A DNA stretch of 64,000 nucleotides from Schmidtea nova (taxonomy: Eukaryota), in contig CM097882.1 in assembly GCA_044892505.1 (NCBI GenBank), positions 477,524,001 through 477,588,000 on the forward strand. Direction: 5' to 3'. The position numbers and the translations under genes were made by a program. The notes under the pieces were generated by a model. The model saw only the letters and a program-made list of their open reading frames with translations, ran no database searches and was not told where the DNA came from. Positions 60,076 through 64,000 of this stretch are shown piece after piece (position 1 is the first letter of the stretch; every line of letters starts with the position of its first letter).

Positions 60076-61798
60076 CACACATATATATATATATTCAATA
60101 ATGTTTTAATTGATATTTCAGATAAATAACCACATCAAGACAAATTTATTATTATCTAACTAGATCATTCCTAAACATCAACACAACAACAACTCTTGAT
60201 TTCATTCAAGAATCATTTTTAAATACAAATACCACAACTACAAACAAAATATAATTATTAAAATCATTTGTCCCAAAAGTGTCAAGAATTTTCGAATTTT
60301 GAAAGATTATTTTCTGTTTTATTTTACCAACCCCTCAGTCATATCGGATGATAATTTAAAACGATCAGCAGCGTCTAAATTGAATATTACCCTCAATTGA
60401 GATCGTTGGAACATTAATTTCCAGAGAAAACAAAATTAATTAGTCCAAAAAAACGCAAACGTTTTCATGCATTCATATTTAGAAGGTTTATCCTTAAATT
60501 TGGGCAACGTTTACTTCCATTATTTATAAAATTTTAGATTTAATATATTTTAGCCCATAGGAAATATTATTTGAATGAGTCTCATTGAAAATAAGATAAT
60601 TAATTTGTATTATGAGATTATACCCAATTTGAATTAAAATTAAAGATTATTTTAAAGTTTTAAATTTTTACCGTGGCCTTAGTAACTGGCAACGGCTATA
60701 GTTTGAAGATTTTATTCGATTTAGAACTTTTAATTCATCATTTAGACTATAAAAGATTCACAAAAGTGCATTAGTAATTTAAATTAATTTATGGTGTAGT
60801 GCCTCCCTAATTTTTCTTTTATTTATATATTAAAAGTTAACTAAAATTTAATTAAATAAAAGAAACTTTAAATCAATAATTCTTTTATAACTGCTTTGAG
60901 AATTATTGCTATTTAAGTATATAGTGCTTTACAAATGGCTTGCTCTTTCGTACTTCTTTTTTAAAATTCTTTCTTTTATCTTTTCTTTAAAACAAAACTC
61001 CTTTTTAAAACAAACACTATATTGATATTTTATTTTGATCTATATATAATGTGATATAATTAAAAAATATATTTAATTAAATTTTAGCTAACTTTTAATA
61101 TATAAATAATAGATAAATGAGGGAGGCACTACATAAGGGAAATTTTAAAAACTTCGGCGACCTCTTTCTATATAAAAGTAGTGTTATTATAACAAATCTC
61201 TATGGGTTATATTATAAACTAAAATTGAATCACTTTAATACTAAAATCAATTTTTATAAAAATAAGCTACATGGTAAAATTCCATTAGGTTTTACATATC
61301 AAACTTGAAAAGAATTTTATGAATAAAATTATTAAATTGTATCCACTTTTTATATTATAATCGTCTTTTGTGAAATAAATTTTTAAAAAAATTTCAGATT
61401 TTTCTATATACATTTTTAATGTGATTGCAATTTTATTCCTAAATCGATTTTTATAAAATAAATTATATAATGGGTTTCCACTGGATTTCCATGAATAAGA
61501 TTTATAAAGTTAAATTAGGTTTTATGAACTAAATAATATAGTAAAATCCAGCTAGGTTTCTGAGAATAAAATAAAAACATTCAACGCTTTTTTTGTTTTT
61601 ATTTTAACCTCAATTTTCACAAAATAGGTTTCTATCGAAAATACATCGGATACAATATTTTTGCTCTCTCACTAAGACGACGAAGTTTATACTTTTGTGA
61701 AAATAAAGGAGTGCTTGGCGAGATCAACGAAGTATCGACTTTGTGTAAACGATTTAGTGAATAATTTAATGAGTTAATATAAATCTGCATAGCTACTA

Positions 61799-62014
61799 CC
61801 GTATTTGCCGGTGTATAAGACCCCCTTTTTAGATATATTCAGTGATGAAAAATCTAGAGGGGTCTTATAGAACGGATACAAAAAAAACAAGTTTTTAGAA
61901 CAAAAACAAATATAACAATTTAATGCACTAGATATTTATTGGCAATGCGAGAAGAGTGGTGCAAATGGATGCAAAGTTCTTATACGAGGGGGTCTTATAC
62001 ACCGGCAAATACGT
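61799..62014. mobile_element. Tc2/pogo-like MITE (216 bp)
   Basis: TIR CCGTATTTGCCGGTGTATAAGACC / GGTCTTATACACCGGCAAATACG with TA on both sides. Confidence 0.85.
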
Positions 62015-64000
62015 TATATTTTAATAAAATATTAATTTTGCGTCTTTGAATACCATTTCTCATTTTAAGAAAAATGTAATACGATTCTAGACGTTCATTT
62101 ACTTTGAACAGACCTTTCCCTACGCCAAGCCATGGTCCCTTATACATAAGTATATAAGAGGAAGAGATCATGGGTGTGTGGGCCTCACCTCAAATAGAAA
62201 TATGGCTGACCAGCTAATGAGCCTCAACTGAACAGCGATCTACCTAGGCAACTTAGTCAGTACAGCACATAATACTTAACTGACGTTAGAATGTATGGAA
62301 CTTGCTTTAATAATAAAAAGAAATTTATAAAATATTTAAAATTGTATGTGCATTAATTTAGGTTATGTGGGAAAGTGTGACAAAATTCAAATACGAAATC
62401 AAATTTTTATAATATAGAATAACTGTAATTTTTCCAAAAATATAATAAAACATGAAATAATAAACGAGTACATTAAGCAATGATAATATATAAAATTAAA
62501 TAAGGTCGAGATAGTAAAATGCAAATAAATGATAAAATTAATCAAGATATTTAGTACAGGGTAACGGGGGTATGATCCCGCTAGCCTGTATTTATACAAT
62601 GATAAGCTTTATATTGTTATCGATGTGAGGTTTTTCAAAGTCGGCAACAGTTGTGATGGGTTACTTTTGGCTCGAACGGGAAAATCTTACAAATTAATGA
62701 AATTGTTCTGATTACAAGCTTCTGGAGCTTATGGAAGTAAAAAAGGTTTTTGAGAAGGCTTTTTGAAAAAAATTCTATTTTAAATAAAGTTATGTCTAGG
62801 GATCCGTTTTTGAGAAGCTCCCGGTTGGTATTCGCAAATTCTGATTTGTCGTTTCTTATGGCAGTATTTATATCAATTTTGGTCTATTATTTTCTTAAGT
62901 GCATTTGAAAAATTGTTCTAGAACTAATTTTCGATTTTTCCAAAATTAAATTTAACAATTTTTTAAGAAAATAAGTTTACTATTTTGTTTAAAATTTTTA
63001 TAAAAATTTAAATTATTTTATTTTAATTTAAAACTTTTTTTTAAATTAGAGTTGTTATTAAATTGATGAAATTTGCTAAATCGTTATTTGAATAAATTTT
63101 CTTTTATATTTTTATGAGTTTAAATGGTAAAAATCGAAAATTTCTTTCTGAAAATGTAAATTCTTCCTAATTTTTAATTTAATTTTGAAATTAATGTTTT
63201 TATGTTATATGTGTGTTTTTAACGTGTATACTTGATGCGCTTTGTTCATTTTAGATTTTAAACGTGTTTTATTTAATTTTTTTGTTTTGTGGCTACTTTG
63301 TTTTACTTGGTGTTTCTCATGATAGAATTTTAAGTTTACTTCTTGCGCGCTCTCTACGTGTTACTGCTATTTTAAACAAATGTTAGTTTTTGCCCAAAGA
63401 AATTATATTATAAATTATATTATAAAAAATCATACTAGCTGAAACTATAGTAGCCGATTGTCACTGGATTTTACATTCGTTTACGCAGTGAAAATTATAT
63501 TTCCATATGTAAAAAAATAGAAAGCTTTTTTCCCAACAATGAAAATTTTATTAAGTAAACAATCAATTTACATATAAAGTGAAATTAAATTTAAAATGAG
63601 TTTAAACTAGATTTTTTACGCTTCTTTTCTCTTTCATTTAACAATAACCTATACGGAGTTATTGAATAAAAAAGCTAAAAAACTGCAAAACTTGAATAAG
63701 CGTGACAGTGACAATTAGCAAGTCAGATAATAGTTTTCCAAAAATATAAATATTAAATATTGTAATGGATTTATAGAATTGTGTGCAGTTTTCATTTGTT
63801 TGATTTGATTCGTCAATTAAAGTTATGACAATTTTAGCATCATTAACTCAATGCTAATGGAATCAATGGAATTTTCATGCTCGCTTTATTTTTAAAGATA
63901 CACTTGAATTATTAGAATTAAGTAAATAAATTTTAATTGAGTTAATTAACGTCAAATTTTGGTGGAATTTGTTTTTATGAAAAAAATTATTTAAATTTAA

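Larger units (their letters stand above)
58996..63400 (-). mobile_element. Old, diverged LTR related to the giant element's LTR, interrupted by later insertions
   Basis: Collinear reverse-complement homology blocks: 58996-59212 to LTR 5794-6008; 62105-62285 to 3300-3460; 62835-62930 to 2770-2880; 63340-63400 to 2240-2300. Confidence 0.85.

Overview
Very AT-rich eukaryotic scaffold with N gaps, (TA)n/(AAT)n microsatellites, short introns and many nested transposon relics. The composition and repeat content are compatible with an invertebrate such as a planarian flatworm, which is an inference only. The dominant structure is a young 21.2-kb LTR element (2240-23468). It has two nearly identical ~3.77-kb TG...CA LTRs, a 4-bp ATTT target-site duplication and a tRNA-Pro-like PBS, but no recognisable RT, RNase H or integrase and no canonical PPT. 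Its interior instead carries a gene array: a RING E3-like ORF; a single reading frame broken by isolated stops encoding coiled-coil, ubiquitin-like, retropepsin, ankyrin and FN3-like regions; two coiled-coil proteins; and two type-I membrane glycoproteins. Most of these ORFs sit just behind a splice-acceptor-like YAG. Antisense spliced mini-genes are predicted in the leader and inside the LTRs. A much older, diverged LTR of the same lineage lies inverted at ~58996-63400. Elsewhere in the window are a tincar-like host exon, an intronless ankyrin-plus-TRPM-like channel ORF, Penelope-type inverted repeats with minimal hammerhead ribozyme motifs, remnants of Polinton pPolB, Ty3/Gypsy, Ginger-type, Chapaev-like and hAT elements, a Tc2-like MITE, and chimeric or captured host-gene fragments (TCP1 fused to HECT; a PP4R1-like piece). 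All family assignments come from motif recognition by eye, and no searches were run.
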